Program-made: the position numbers and the translations under genes
Shown here: piece after piece, positions 45,600 to 57,388 of the stretch
How positions within the stretch are numbered: position 1 is the first letter of the stretch
Layout of the letters: every line of letters begins with the position of its first letter
Notes under the pieces: generated by a model
The model's input: the letters and a program-made list of their open reading frames with translations, nothing else
Database searches by the model: none
Told to the model about the DNA's origin: nothing
Assembly (NCBI GenBank): GCA_009602735.1
Contig: WELA01002856.1
Coordinates: 186,001-247,702, forward strand
DNA length: 61,702 nt
Source: Mesotaenium endlicherianum
Taxonomy: Eukaryota
Direction of reading: 5' to 3'

Positions 45600-48317
45600 G
45601 ACCAATAGCTGGCTGCTTCGTGACAGTGTCACATGTCAGACTGTGGTCAAGACTGTGCTAGGTTGCTTGGTTGGTCGGAAGGTACGTCAGCTTACCTGGT
45701 ATATTGTATTCTAAATTATGTGTGCTTTTGGGTTATTATATCAAAATGCTAATAGTTGTATTAACTGGCTTCTGTACTGCTTGCTTAGAGAGGATATAGG
45801 AACAGAAGTGTTTGAGGACACTACACCCTTTTTGAGATGAGTCCAAGGAACACTGCTTCGCCCAAAGTGTCGGTGTTTTACTCATGATGCTACTGGATGA
45901 TCGATCAGGCAATATTTGCCTTGGTGTCTAAAATCACGTGGTGTTCAAGTAGTCAGACTGCTGTTTGATGCAGTCGGCAGCAGTTCTTAAACCTTTCCTG
46001 GCTTGCACAGGTGCAGTTGTCAGTTTGAGCTGCATTTCTCTTGTTGCAGTCGGTGGAGAATTGTCTTCGGATGCGAAATTAAATCCTTGTGAGCGTTTTC
46101 AAGCAATGACATGTTAAAATCAGTAAACATATGGCCAGAATGCATCATTTTGTTTTGCCCTGCGGAGTATTGTGCTCATGACCGACATCGGCAGGGATTC
46201 AAATGTCCCTCTCATGGGAGGATTGTTCATCATGTGCCCACCACTGCAACATACAGCGGTTTCTGTGGAAGGCTTCTACGTCAGTTATTGTCTTTTTCAA
46301 ACATTGATGACTATAAGTCTCGTCCAATCTAGATATATAGTGGTTCAACAATACTCGTGTGAAAGGCGTACACTCAACAGTATGCCTATGGGGACTGGGG
46401 GTGTTTGATTGGACTATGAGTATTCGACTTGATGTCAAAAGAAGACGAGCATGTTAAAGAAAAGCTGCAAGAGGGCCCTATTGACCTTGGCGTGAGCCCA
46501 GAGGCCTCGGCTACCCGCAGCTTAGCGACCTGCAAAGAGCAGCCTGCTGGGGTACGCTCTGATTGTGCAGCTTTCGCTCCATCGTTCTTGGCCCTGATGG
46601 CTTATGTACTCGCACAGGAACGCGACATGCAACCTCTCAACTGCTACAACAGTTTGTCTGCTGGCCACGACCAGTGCAGCAAGCTGCTGCTCCTCATCTA
46701 GGTGCATTCCGCCCAAATGTGGAAGATAAATTAAGCCTGGTTCATTGGCCGCAAATATACAAGCATGTATCCGTCCTTATTATGGTTTCCCACTGGCCTC
46801 ATTGCTTGACATAAGCAGGACATAACATTTATCGGGGCCAAAAGCGAAGTTTTATGCCAACCTACTGCCTTTTGGCTGCCTCCCTACACGCTAAGAGCAA
46901 CAGACGATTGCTGCAATTGCGCCATAGGTGCAATGCGAGTGCATACACTGGCTGGAAAATTGGGAGATCAATTCCAGCATGTGTGACATGCATTAGCAAC
47001 TTTGACATCATTTCATGGGCACGAAGAGCGTAAGCAGCATGCAGGCAAAGTGGCAGCAAGCTGGCAGGCAGGCCACGCCCACACGCGCGCCACCCCCTCT
47101 TAAAAGTACGAGTAGAAGATGTGTTCTCTGCCGCCCCTCCTTCTCAAGCCGCGGCAGCGCTGACTGTATGAGGATAGTCGGTCTAGGATCAGGGGTTGGG
47201 GCCCCGCTGAAACTGTTGCTGCTTTGCAGGCAGCAGCAGCAGGAACTCTAGCTGTGGATCAAAATGGGGGGGTTCAGATCCAAGGCTGGGCCTCGCTGAC
47301 ATTTATGGTGCTTCCTCTGTTGCAGCAGATGCAGCAACACGACCTCTGGCTGTCCCTGCGCGGGTGTACATATTCAGGGGATAGCCTAAGTTCGCGCATG
47401 CATGGACAGGTGGCATCCAGACTCGCCCTTGTGCAGATGGGGCCTTTCCATCGGCGTTGCAGCCGCCGGGCGGGTCTCATCTTTGCAAGAGCTGGGGTAT
47501 TGCCACCTGGCAGCACTCCATTCATATGCATTCCCTGGCTTCTCGGCTTGGTGTGTGTCTTGGGGTTGCTCTCATGCAGCACGTCTTCAAGCCCAAGAGC
47601 ATCTCTTGATTGCCAAAATTTGACAGACGATGTGCGTGGCTGGACGTTATCAAGCATGCCTGCAAGTGTGGAGATTGAGGGCTGGCCTGCAGCAATAAGA
47701 GATGTGGTTTGCACTCCTTCCCTCGCCATTGGCGTGTTTGACCAATTCTTCCTAGTACGGTTATGCATTCATGTGGCTCACGTTTGGTCATTCTGTTGCT
47801 GGTTTTGCCGGTTCTTCTTGTCCTGCCTGCCCACCAGGTGACGTCAAATAAAATGATGTGCAGGTTGCACCAGGCAAGCTCGCTAATATTGGCTGTCAAC
47901 GACCCATCTCGCCCTCAGGTGCAACGAGCGGGGGTTGGGCTTGAGTAACGGGTGCATTAGTTTTAACAAGACATCAGGTTCTATAACCCCTTCACACGGA
48001 GTAGCACGAGGACACCCCTGACTCTTACAGCTTGTGAACTTGATCGAGAGTAGTTGTGCAAAAGTTGAGCTTAATTCTTTGCAACTTTATCGAGTTACTA
48101 AATGGAAGCCCACTGTATTTGATTACCTCAGTCTCGTCTATAACCAACAAGTTCCGTCGCACTTGAGACATCAAGTACCATATTTTTTTTTGAGGAACAT
48201 GACAGTGAACATGGCCTCAATAAAGTCCATAATGGCAAGCATGTTATGACCTATCGATTAGACCATCCTGAAGAACTCTAAAACAAAACGTCTCCAAACG
48301 ATTTGTATTGTAGTTCT

Positions 48318-51300
48318 CTACTCTTGAGATGAACTTTGAGACAAAGTTGCCTTCTTAAATTGCACAATGACAACGCTCATATTATCAGTGCCGACTCCTG
48401 ATCCGTTTGTATCAGGTGCTACACAATCGTTACAAAGCTCCTCGCATATGGTAGATAGTAGCTTGTTCTGCAGCCAACCCCAAAACAATCAGTGGCCCCT
48501 AAGCGAAACAAAGTAAGACCATTCTTCCACGATGAAGCCGAAGACAAGTTGCGTGGACAGCACGGAGCAAGTGCAGACCATGGAAGCGCCAACATAGTAT
48601 GGAACTGCACCTTAAGGAGGCGTTTGCGAATAAATGTGACAACTTGTTGGCTTGACTTAACATCCCTGCCCCGGCATGACCACCCAATGTAGAAATGTCC
48701 TGGTTCAGCCATTGACAAGCCCAAAATATAGCCATTTACTAGAAGCAACATATTTACAGTAATCACTTGAGCAAATAAACAATGAGTTTGCGGAGGAGGC
48801 CACGTCACCAGATGCCATCGCAAGCCAGAACAAGAAACTCATCTTCCTTTGTTACTGTGACCTGAACCAAAAGAATAAACAAGATCACATATGTTACCAA
48901 AATCAATCTTGTTCCCTGTCAGCACAGATGAGGAGCAGAGATACTAACGGGACTCAGATGCTTTCACTTGGCGACTGCGTAGCGAGCACGACACGTCACG
49001 CTCTGCAGTCGGTAGTACTGCAAGGTGCGAGTCTAAAAGAGCAGATTTGAAACCATAATATGTCATATTACACACGGGAAGTCAAGGTAAACACCACTTG
49101 AAGCTCTGGGATTGCGGTCACGATTTGAGCGCCTGGTGGCAAATTTGGGCTTTGTTTGAACTCCATGTCCCCTGTGTGTGCACCGCAGATCATTGATAGT
49201 GTCAGGCTGCAATCTTTAAGGCACTGATGAAACCCTCAACAAGCTATCTGTCAACCAAAATGATGCAACTTGACCTGATCATTAAGCTCTATGATGTAGT
49301 AATGTTAGCAGCTGCAACACCAAGTGGCTGCCAAGAATTATGAGGAAGTACATGCACCTATTGCTCGAGAAAGGTTAAGGCTGCCGTTGATTCGGCCATC
49401 AGCAACGAAGCCGCCAGCCTTCAGAATGCGTTCCTTCTCAGCTTGCAGATCTGGTTTGTGATCTTCAGACAATGCCAAAGCCTGTGTTGCAGAGATCATT
49501 GATTTACTAAGTGACGATACACCTGATGTAGCAAAGAAATACATGCCGGATAGTACCTTATGGAATAGCATTCATCTTGGTAACAAGAACCGATACACAA
49601 TGAACCGAAGCGTAACAATATACTGCAATATGAGGCAAAAACAGAAGGCAGACTTGGTAATTGTGAAGAAGGGTTGACCTTGCCATTGCGAGAGATGATA
49701 CATCTGGAATCACCAGCGTTGGCAACTATGAGCTGGTCCCCACGAACTAAAGCACAAACAGCAGTGCAGCCTGCAGCTGGCCCCCTGTATGTCGACCCTA
49801 GCACCACCTGCTCCATCAACCTCACGGACTTGCATCATGGCTTGGCCCTTCATCGCCTCAACAAGCACAACCCCATTCCTCACTTCATTTTATACTGTTT
49901 CAGCTGTAGGAAAACAGCAAAAGATTGCAACCTTCAAAAGCAACTTCAAAGCACCAACCTACTGACAACAGCCCCAAATCCTAACATCTTCTGAGCAAGA
50001 GGGGCCTGCAAACCTCTTCAGAGTTCCATTCATCTTCTACAATATCCTCTTCTTCCCCTTCCTCCCCTTCCTCCTCTTCCTCTTCGTCACTTGTCGGATT
50101 GTCCTCGTAGTCAGCATTACTGTCATCCTCCTCTTCTGTTACCTCGTTCAGCTGCACGTCTGCAGCGTCCGGTAAAAGTCCCGCTTCTCTTCCTCTTCTA
50201 ATCTTTCTATCTCTCCCTTCTGTATTCATCTGAGCTTCTCTGTCATCCAAATCACGACCACAATTCCCACTTTGACCCGTACCTCCCTGAATATTGTCAT
50301 CTCCTGCTGGCATATCATTTGGTCCCTGCAATACTTCGTAAATATTTCCAACCTTCACATTTCCTAGGCAGTCTGCTGAAGTATGAGAACCATGTCCTTG
50401 GCTATTCCCGCCCGTGCTTTCAGGGTCCTTCTGCATGTCAAAGCTCAAAGAGCTTTCACCCACATTCTCAGCTTTCTCGGTTTTACCATGGCGTGCATAG
50501 GCAGAAAGTTCTTCTCGTCCTTCATCTGTCATCATATCCTCGTCCATCCTGATCCAACAACAAATATAAGAACATATAGTCCAACCTTGAGGAAAAATAG
50601 AAACACAAGGCACCTTTCGTTGACTGGAACCCCATTTGTTTGCTTTGAACATTCACATTAAAGTGATAGGATACTACCCAAAAAACATAGGAAAAGGAAG
50701 GACGCCAAAGTCCAGCAGCTGCTCTGTAAGGGTAAAAGTAGAAAGCACACCTCAAATAGGCATGAGTGAGAGCAGTGGATAAGTCTCCTGCACTGTATGC
50801 CTCACTCTCCACCACAGCCTTATGCAGGTGTTTCGCGCAATACTTGGCGACTTCCTTCCCTGATTCCCCCCTCAAAACTTTGTGACTTCAAAACTGATAT
50901 GATTGCCTGTTTGTAGTTTCTCAAAAGAGTTATCAGCATCTGGTAAGGTAGATGTCACACAACCAAATGACACAGAACAGCAACATAAAGTGCACGAGAA
51001 AAGTGCTACACCTGAAACCTGCAGACTGGCTCTTGAGTATAGAAAGAGGAAGCAAGTTACCTCCATGCCCATCGTAGACAGCAAAAAATGCCGTGCCGCT
51101 GCTGTCAAGGTCCAGTACTACAGTATGCTGCGCAGTGCATTACTTTTCCGGGCCTTTCAAAATGATGAAGTTCCATAAGTGATCTTAGGCAAAACTAAGG
51201 CGACACGCAGGCAAGATATGAAGCTCCTTCGCAATCTCAAACTTCAGCAATTCTCATCCTGAAGGCCGTCATGCACTTAAGACAGCTAAGGTTCTAAATA

Positions 51301-51495
51301 CACCTACACCTAAACTCCAATCTTATATCTTCCTACATCAACAGTTGCATCAATGGTGACAAGAGCAAGACCATGTACCGCATCCTCCATGCTAGTGCGC
51401 CATCCTTGCATTGCACTTGCTCCATACTTATATGTTTCGTTTTCTCCACCGTCACTCTCTTTGTCAAGCTTAGCATGACTCAAGTAGGCTCCCAT
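48318..51495 (-). CDS. Protein phosphatase 2C (PPM1G / plant clade I-like) with acidic insert, multi-exon
   Basis: [65 protein letters not shown]; stop at 48318-48320. Confidence 0.94.
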
Positions 51496-53989
51496 AATAT
51501 CAATAAAAGCGGAATCAAGTCCTTTAGTTTCAGCAGTAGTTGGCTAGTTCAAATTTTCCCAATATCCTGTTCCACAAAAGTTTAATAAGGGAGAGGGAAA
51601 GCACATGAATTATCAGAATAAACTACATCCCCTATCCAAGATACTCAAGGAATGGCATGCCATGCCCCTGCGCTCTTCAGACACCCGTAAAAAGGTTAAC
51701 TGAGAGAAAGAAGGTACTAGCATAAACCATTATCCAATCCTATATGTTGTAACCGCTAGTAAAGCAGAGTACCTTGTTGATTGAGACTACAAGATGCCTC
51801 AAGGCGGAGGAAGATTAGTTCAGCTTAAAATACAGCAGTCGACTTTCAGGGTCGGACCAAATGCTTTTAATGGCGATTTATAACGTTGCCAAATGGCACA
51901 CAATCAGGGAATCCAGTGTGAGGAGCTGGGAGGAGAGTAAGCGGAAGTGAGCAGGAGTGCATGAGCACCGTTGTGCAGAAGCAGGAGGGTTTCATTTTCA
52001 AGGTGTCGAATCCAACGTCGGTTTAGTCAGAAACCGACAAATAGTGGCAAAAAGGCCAGAAAAAGTGAGAAAAAGTATTTTCAGCCACATTCAGTCGTCT
52101 CCAAAATCCGATGGTCTCCGGTGGTCTCCGGCCCGGCAGTCTCCGGTGGTCGCCGGAGTCCAAGGAGCAGCCTCGCCGTCGAGTCGCACGACAGGGAACA
52201 GTGTCAATTGGTGTCGAGTATCGAATACACTCAAATCGAATCTTAGACCGCACGAAAACAGGTTCATGGTAACGTCCACTCGAATCGCCGTCGACATCGT
52301 GACCTTCCGGGCCCCGGTGTCAACGTTCCGCTGCCTCAACCGCGCCAAACGGAGCAGATTACTCGTTATTGGCCCGAGCCAATAACGTGCCAGTAACGGC
52401 AGACCGACTTTTGCAAGAAAATGTACAGAATGGTGTAGAACACGTCTGGACACAAGAGGAGAAGTCTGTTAGCAAAGGGTCATGACTGGTGAATCATTTA
52501 GCAACTTCAGCACATTGGGGGGAGCTCACTAAGAGATGAAGCCTTCTAGAGATTTGAGGTGCAAAGCAAGAAGAAGACAAAATTTACGGGCAAAAACGAA
52601 CGTTGGAGGAACAGACCACACCTTTAAGTATCAAACAAACACAAAGAAGGATGAAAGATCGCTTAGCCAAAAATTTAGGACCTTGTTCAAGACAGAGTTA
52701 AAGAGCACCAACAAAGTTGATTTGAGCCTCTCTGTTGTTCAGCCCTTCTCCCGTTTGCTATATCTACATATTTGGGCCTAAAGTTTCATTCACAAATCGA
52801 TGCGAAGTTTGAGCTCACATCGGCACGATCTGGTCAAGAGGAAGTCGCGGTATGGCTCTCCTTGCCTCCAAACGTCTCCCCATTGTCCGCCATGGATAAA
52901 ACAGGCTCATGAGGTTGTCGTTCACAGTGAATGAACCCAGCAAATCATTAAGTGAGTCTCAATGCCAATTGGCATGCCCTTAGGCCCTAAGCTTTTTGAA
53001 AGCATGAGTAAATGTGAGGAGGCGATGGCGATGTGGCAATATAGCTCGGACAAGAGGCTCTACCAATGCTAGCTAACTGCTAGCCCCCAGAGCAAGAGAA
53101 GAGGGCAGGAAAATACCGTATGTTGCCAGTGCGGAGCACGACAAATAAACAGGCAGACAGATGTCTTTGAAGGAGAATTTTGATTGATATGTTGAGGCCT
53201 CTAGAGCATATGCCCATGCTCACTAATCCACGAGGCACAGCACCTTTCCCGTCAAGAGCAGACGGCAAGTGAGCATTTCAGCAAAGATTCTTTCTTCTCT
53301 TGTGGGGTAAGGAGCGAGAAAGGCCAGCGAAGCGAGAAAATCAATAGAACTCATGCGAGCTATTAAATTCAAAAGATTAGTAAACGCGACCTCAAAATTT
53401 TGCAATGCTTCAGATCTGAATCGCAAGAGAAGAATATTTTGGACCAAATATTCTCCTAAGCAAAGCTACATGGCTACATAAATATATATTTAGGGGTTAG
53501 TTGCTGCACGGCAATTGATTCTAAATTTTTTGCTTATTAGTGCCTCGTAGCAAGCTTGGTGTGGCTCCAGATTGACCTTTAGGTTTAACTACAAAATTAA
53601 TTCATTGGTCTCCAATAAAAGTGATCAAAAACAACATAAAAGTGAAACTTATTGTACAGCACGTTGTTAAACAAGTTTTGTCTGGCGTTGCTCGCTAACT
53701 TTTCAGCACATTGAGGGAATACGTACTCCTCGTATGGTGCTTTAGCGATCGGTAAACCACGGCAAAACAACTACGGCAACAGATTTCAACGTTCCGGTGC
53801 TACAGCACCAACTCACCCTTTCATCTTTCCGACAGTCAAATTGGAAAGCAACTGTGAGCGTAATTTAAAATGTAAACAAGTGAAAGGCAAAGGTGGAAGC
53901 AAAATGTGTATAAAGTTCCGTGAGTAAACTTATGCCATGCGATTGTCTAGAACCTGAGCAAAACGGTCATGTTCAGGATTTTATTTATA

Positions 53990-54005
53990 CCCTAAACCCT
54001 AAACC
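53990..54005 (+). repeat. Two plant-type telomeric units (CCCTAAA)2 / telo-box
   Basis: CCCTAAACCCTAAACC. Confidence 0.5.
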
Positions 54006-54629
54006 TGTTCCTTCTTGAAGTCTCTATTACAAATTCTCCTACTACTTTCAATCTTCTTACAAAATTACTACCCGCCGTGTGACTTCTTTAATTAAGAGGG
54101 GCTGACGAGCCCCGGCCCTCGAGTCTCGACTTTTGACTCCCCACTCCTCAATGCTCCTCAACAATACAAATGCTATCTCTGCCCAAGTCAGTGTCCATTG
54201 TGAACAGTCGCTCACGAAGAACTCTACTATAGTCGCCGATCCCCCATTCATAGCAAACTTCATTCCGCCATTATTGCATTAATTTGTCGTGCATGCAGTC
54301 AGTATGATCTCCGTTATTAGCGACCATATCTGGTACTGAACCCAAGGTTGAGAACGGGTTGATGTCTGTGCTTCAGCAACCGTGGGTAAGGGCCAGTTTA
54401 CAGTGGCCACAGGCACTCAATTGATCAACGCAAATGGCGAAATTGAAAATCACGAGATCAAAGAGACGAAGACAAAATAGAAGACCAAGTTCTAGACAGC
54501 CAAACAAAAAAGCGTTTACAGTGCACAGGCACAAAATTGTTTGAGGAAAATGGTACAATCCCCTCCACATAATGTCGCATTTCGCCTCCGCGTCATTTCC
54601 GGGCTTAGTCAGACCTCACAAAATATATG

Positions 54630-54790
54630 TGTCGTGCCTAACAGTGTCGGTCCCTCGGCACGTGCGTAGCCTTCCAGCATGTGTGCCTTCGACCTGGTCG
54701 ATGTGTCGGTGGCCCTCCTCACGTGTGGGCAAACATGGTCGATCGACCTTTGCACGTGTGTCGGTGACAAGCCTTACCAAGGCTGACCCA
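54630..54790. repeat. Unclassified dispersed repeat, copy 2
   Basis: Alignable to about 18828-19010 in the same orientation. Confidence 0.65.
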
Positions 54791-55050
54791 TCCCTGGGCT
54801 CCTGAACTTGCACCATGCAACCATAACCAACACTCAGAGCAATGTTCTCATTCACCCAGCTCTCACCTTCTGCTCATCCTAAGACTTAGCAGAAGATTTT
54901 AAAAATACTTGCCTTGCCTTAATTCCTCTTATAAGGACGGAAGTCTCTTACTTCCACATACACTTTACGCCTTAAGGTTCTTGGGTTCACATGCGAGCAA
55001 ATTGTAGTTTGCAGAAATCACACTCTAAGCAGCTTGACATACAACGTCAG

Positions 55051-55786
55051 TGTAATGAATCAGTGTATTAGTAGATATAATATTTATTTAAAGATAATAG
55101 TTAATTAAGTTCAGCCTGCTCAACTTTAGTTAATAGTCAATCTGCTGGACTTCACATAATTATCAATTTAATGACTTAGCCGGAAGCAGCAGGCTGAAGT
55201 CCATATAAGTCAGCTTGCTGACCCATTCTTTGACAGCCAGCTGACTTCCGTACACGGTAGCAGCGAANCGGTAGCAGCAAANAACTGCCTTGACATACAC
55301 CTAAGTACGATATGCTAGATGAATGGCCAGATGACATCCCTATGATAGATGGCTATTCGGGATGATGGGAGATGGCGGTGGATTTGGTTAACCGAGAACC
55401 TACCAACGTGGTTAACTCCCGGGTAGGCGGTGCCATCGCACTGACCGTTGAACAGTAAACTCATTCCATGTACATACGCTAGGCATTGCTCTCGAGTTCG
55501 GCATTCGGAAACGAGGCCAACTCTTTTGTACAGCTTACTGAGAGAGCTCTGAATCCAAGGCGAGAAGCCATTGATACGCACTGTCTTCTAACCTTGCTTA
55601 TGTATGAGTTTACTGATTTGCATCATTGATGCTAGTTTACTCGCATTTGACTTACGAGTATTATTCCCTGCTAGTGTATTGTCCTTTGCCGTTTAACTAG
55701 TTAACGAAAATACCATAAAGATTACTTGCTGATATAAAGATCTTTATTAATTGTTAATCGCCTATTTGGTAAGTCGATTCATTTCA
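55051..55786 (+). repeat. 5' LTR of family A copy 3
   Basis: TGTAATGAATC..GATTCATTTCA followed by PBS. Confidence 0.94.
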
Positions 55787-55787
55787 G

Positions 55788-55800
55788 TGGTATCGGAGCA
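55788..55800 (+). promoter_or_regulatory. Primer binding site (tRNA-iMet type), family A
   Basis: TGGTATCGGAGCA 1 nt after the LTR. Confidence 0.9.
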
Positions 55801-55820
55801 GTTATCACAGTCTTCTTTGT

Positions 55821-57299
55821 ATGGTAAGGACAAGGTCTCAAACTAGCAACTCCCGAGACATGGAGAACCACGATAATGAGAATGTCGAAAACCAGGCGAA
55901 AAGCCATGTAGCGGGAAATTGTACCTATTCGGAAGCAGTAGCGGATACTGCAGCTAGGGAGGCTGCAGATGAGGCAGCTGCTATTGCCTCAATCGCAGCT
56001 CAGCAAGCTGAGGAGGAGATAGCCAAACTAGAAGCTGAACAAGTAGCAAAGGCCGCTGAAGATATACAAAGGAGGGAAGGACAGCCGGCTGACGAGCGCA
56101 CTGTTGAAGAACTTGTGGCATCAAGGGCCAATGTTCTGAACCCACCTCCTGCCGTACAACTCAATGTACCCCTAGCTCAAATACGTGACCGGCTGAATGC
56201 GGCAGGAATTGCTGCTGCAAGAGCAAGAGGGATTGTTGAGGACACTACTCAGCGAGTAGATGCCAATGCTGCTGCTGCATTTGCTAATCTACCACCCCAA
56301 AATGTAGACTTGGGAGCATTGTTCGTTCAGATGCAGTCGCAAATGGCGACCATGTATCAGTCCCAGCAGGAGGACAAAAGAATCATAATGTCCCTACTCC
56401 GGGACAGAGACCAACTGGGGTCTCACACCACTAGTGGTGGTGGCCGAGGGCCTAGTAAGCCCAAGCAGAAACCTCCCCAGGACTATGATCCTGAGGGAAA
56501 CAGGAAATATTACCTGATCAAGTTTCTCGCGGATGTTGAGCAGTGGCTGGAGAACTACCCAGAACTGCAAGATTACGAGAAGGTCAGGCACACCGGTGCG
56601 CTACTGAAAGGCAGTGCCGCAGACTGGTGGCTTTACTGGAAGGAAGAGCGTAAGGCTCGGCAACTCGGTGACCCTACGTGGGTAGAGTTTGTCGAGAAGT
56701 TGCATGAGAAGTTTGATGTCATCAACCAGCAGGAGAAAGCTATCTATGCGATGATCTCCCTGACACTGAAGCAGACCACTTCAGTTGCTGAGTTTGCTCA
56801 AAAGTTCCAAGAGAACATGATGAAGCAGCCGGATTTGCCAGAACGGTATAGGATAGCATACTTCAGGTATGGCTTGAAATCCGAGGTCTCTGGTCATTTT
56901 GCTGAGAAAAAGTATGAGAAACTGGCTGACTTGATCCAGGATGCTGACGCCTGGGATCAGCAGCAGTTCAATCACAAGCGCCAGAGTAACGCTTTGGTGT
57001 CTAAGATTGTCAAAAAGCCCCACGGTTCCTACAATGCAGTTGAAGGAGACCAGGCTGAGGATAATCAGGGTGATGAATATGAGTATGAGTACAATGCTAT
57101 TCAGTCTAGAGGTAGAGGTGGTCCCTCTCGAGGTGGCTATGGAAGGGGTGGTGGTAGGACTAAGCCGAGACCAGCCTCAGCAAAATCTACTTGCTACCAT
57201 TGTCAGCAGAAAGGCCACTACAGAGAACAGTGTCCGGTCAAGCACCTGCCTAAGGTCGAGAGAAAAGACCAGCCTTTAAAAGACAGCAACAGTCAGTAA
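55821..57299 (+). CDS. gag: Gag, family A
   Basis: 492 aa; [14 protein letters not shown] capsid motif, RGG-rich segment, zinc knuckle [14 protein letters not shown]. Confidence 0.93.
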   Translation: MVRTRSQTSNSRDMENHDNENVENQAKSHVAGNCTYSEAVADTAAREAADEAAAIASIAAQQAEEEIAKLEAEQVAKAAEDIQRREGQPADERTVEELVASRANVLNPPPAVQLNVPLAQIRDRLNAAGIAAARARGIVEDTTQRVDANAAAAFANLPPQNVDLGALFVQMQSQMATMYQSQQEDKRIIMSLLRDRDQLGSHTTSGGGRGPSKPKQKPPQDYDPEGNRKYYLIKFLADVEQWLENYPELQDYEKVRHTGALLKGSAADWWLYWKEERKARQLGDPTWVEFVEKLHEKFDVINQQEKAIYAMISLTLKQTTSVAEFAQKFQENMMKQPDLPERYRIAYFRYGLKSEVSGHFAEKKYEKLADLIQDADAWDQQQFNHKRQSNALVSKIVKKPHGSYNAVEGDQAEDNQGDEYEYEYNAIQSRGRGGPSRGGYGRGGGRTKPRPASAKSTCYHCQQKGHYREQCPVKHLPKVERKDQPLKDSNSQ

Positions 57300-57388
57300 T
57301 CCAGTCTACTGACTGTGAGGATGCTAGAGATAGTGAGTCGTCACTAGCTGCCCTCGTAGCAGGTATTATGGGTCCTGCTGAACTGGAT
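57275..57388 (+). promoter_or_regulatory. -1 programmed ribosomal frameshift signal, family A
   Basis: T_TTA_AAA at 57275-57281 in gag phase; 10-bp stem 57289-57298/57307-57316; loop complementary to 57382-57388; -1 frame is open from the slippery site into pol. Confidence 0.8.

Noticed and set aside
46100..48000. ORFs of 70-205 aa between ABCC and PP2C
   Set aside because: No recognisable domain or consistent exon chain; cannot support a gene call
48800..48815. Apparent stop right after LACDGIW in PP2C
   Set aside because: An intron splits the Trp codon (TG|gtgacg ... cag|G), so the gene is intact
51990..53450. Short GGTCTCCGG repeats and TE-like composition upstream of PP2C
   Set aside because: No terminal repeats, TSD or recognisable transposase/RT motif could be identified
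54096..54115. CTGACGA inside a GGGGCT/AGCCCC hairpin, resembling a hammerhead ribozyme core
   Set aside because: No stem II followed by GAAA and no cleavage-site helix could be found
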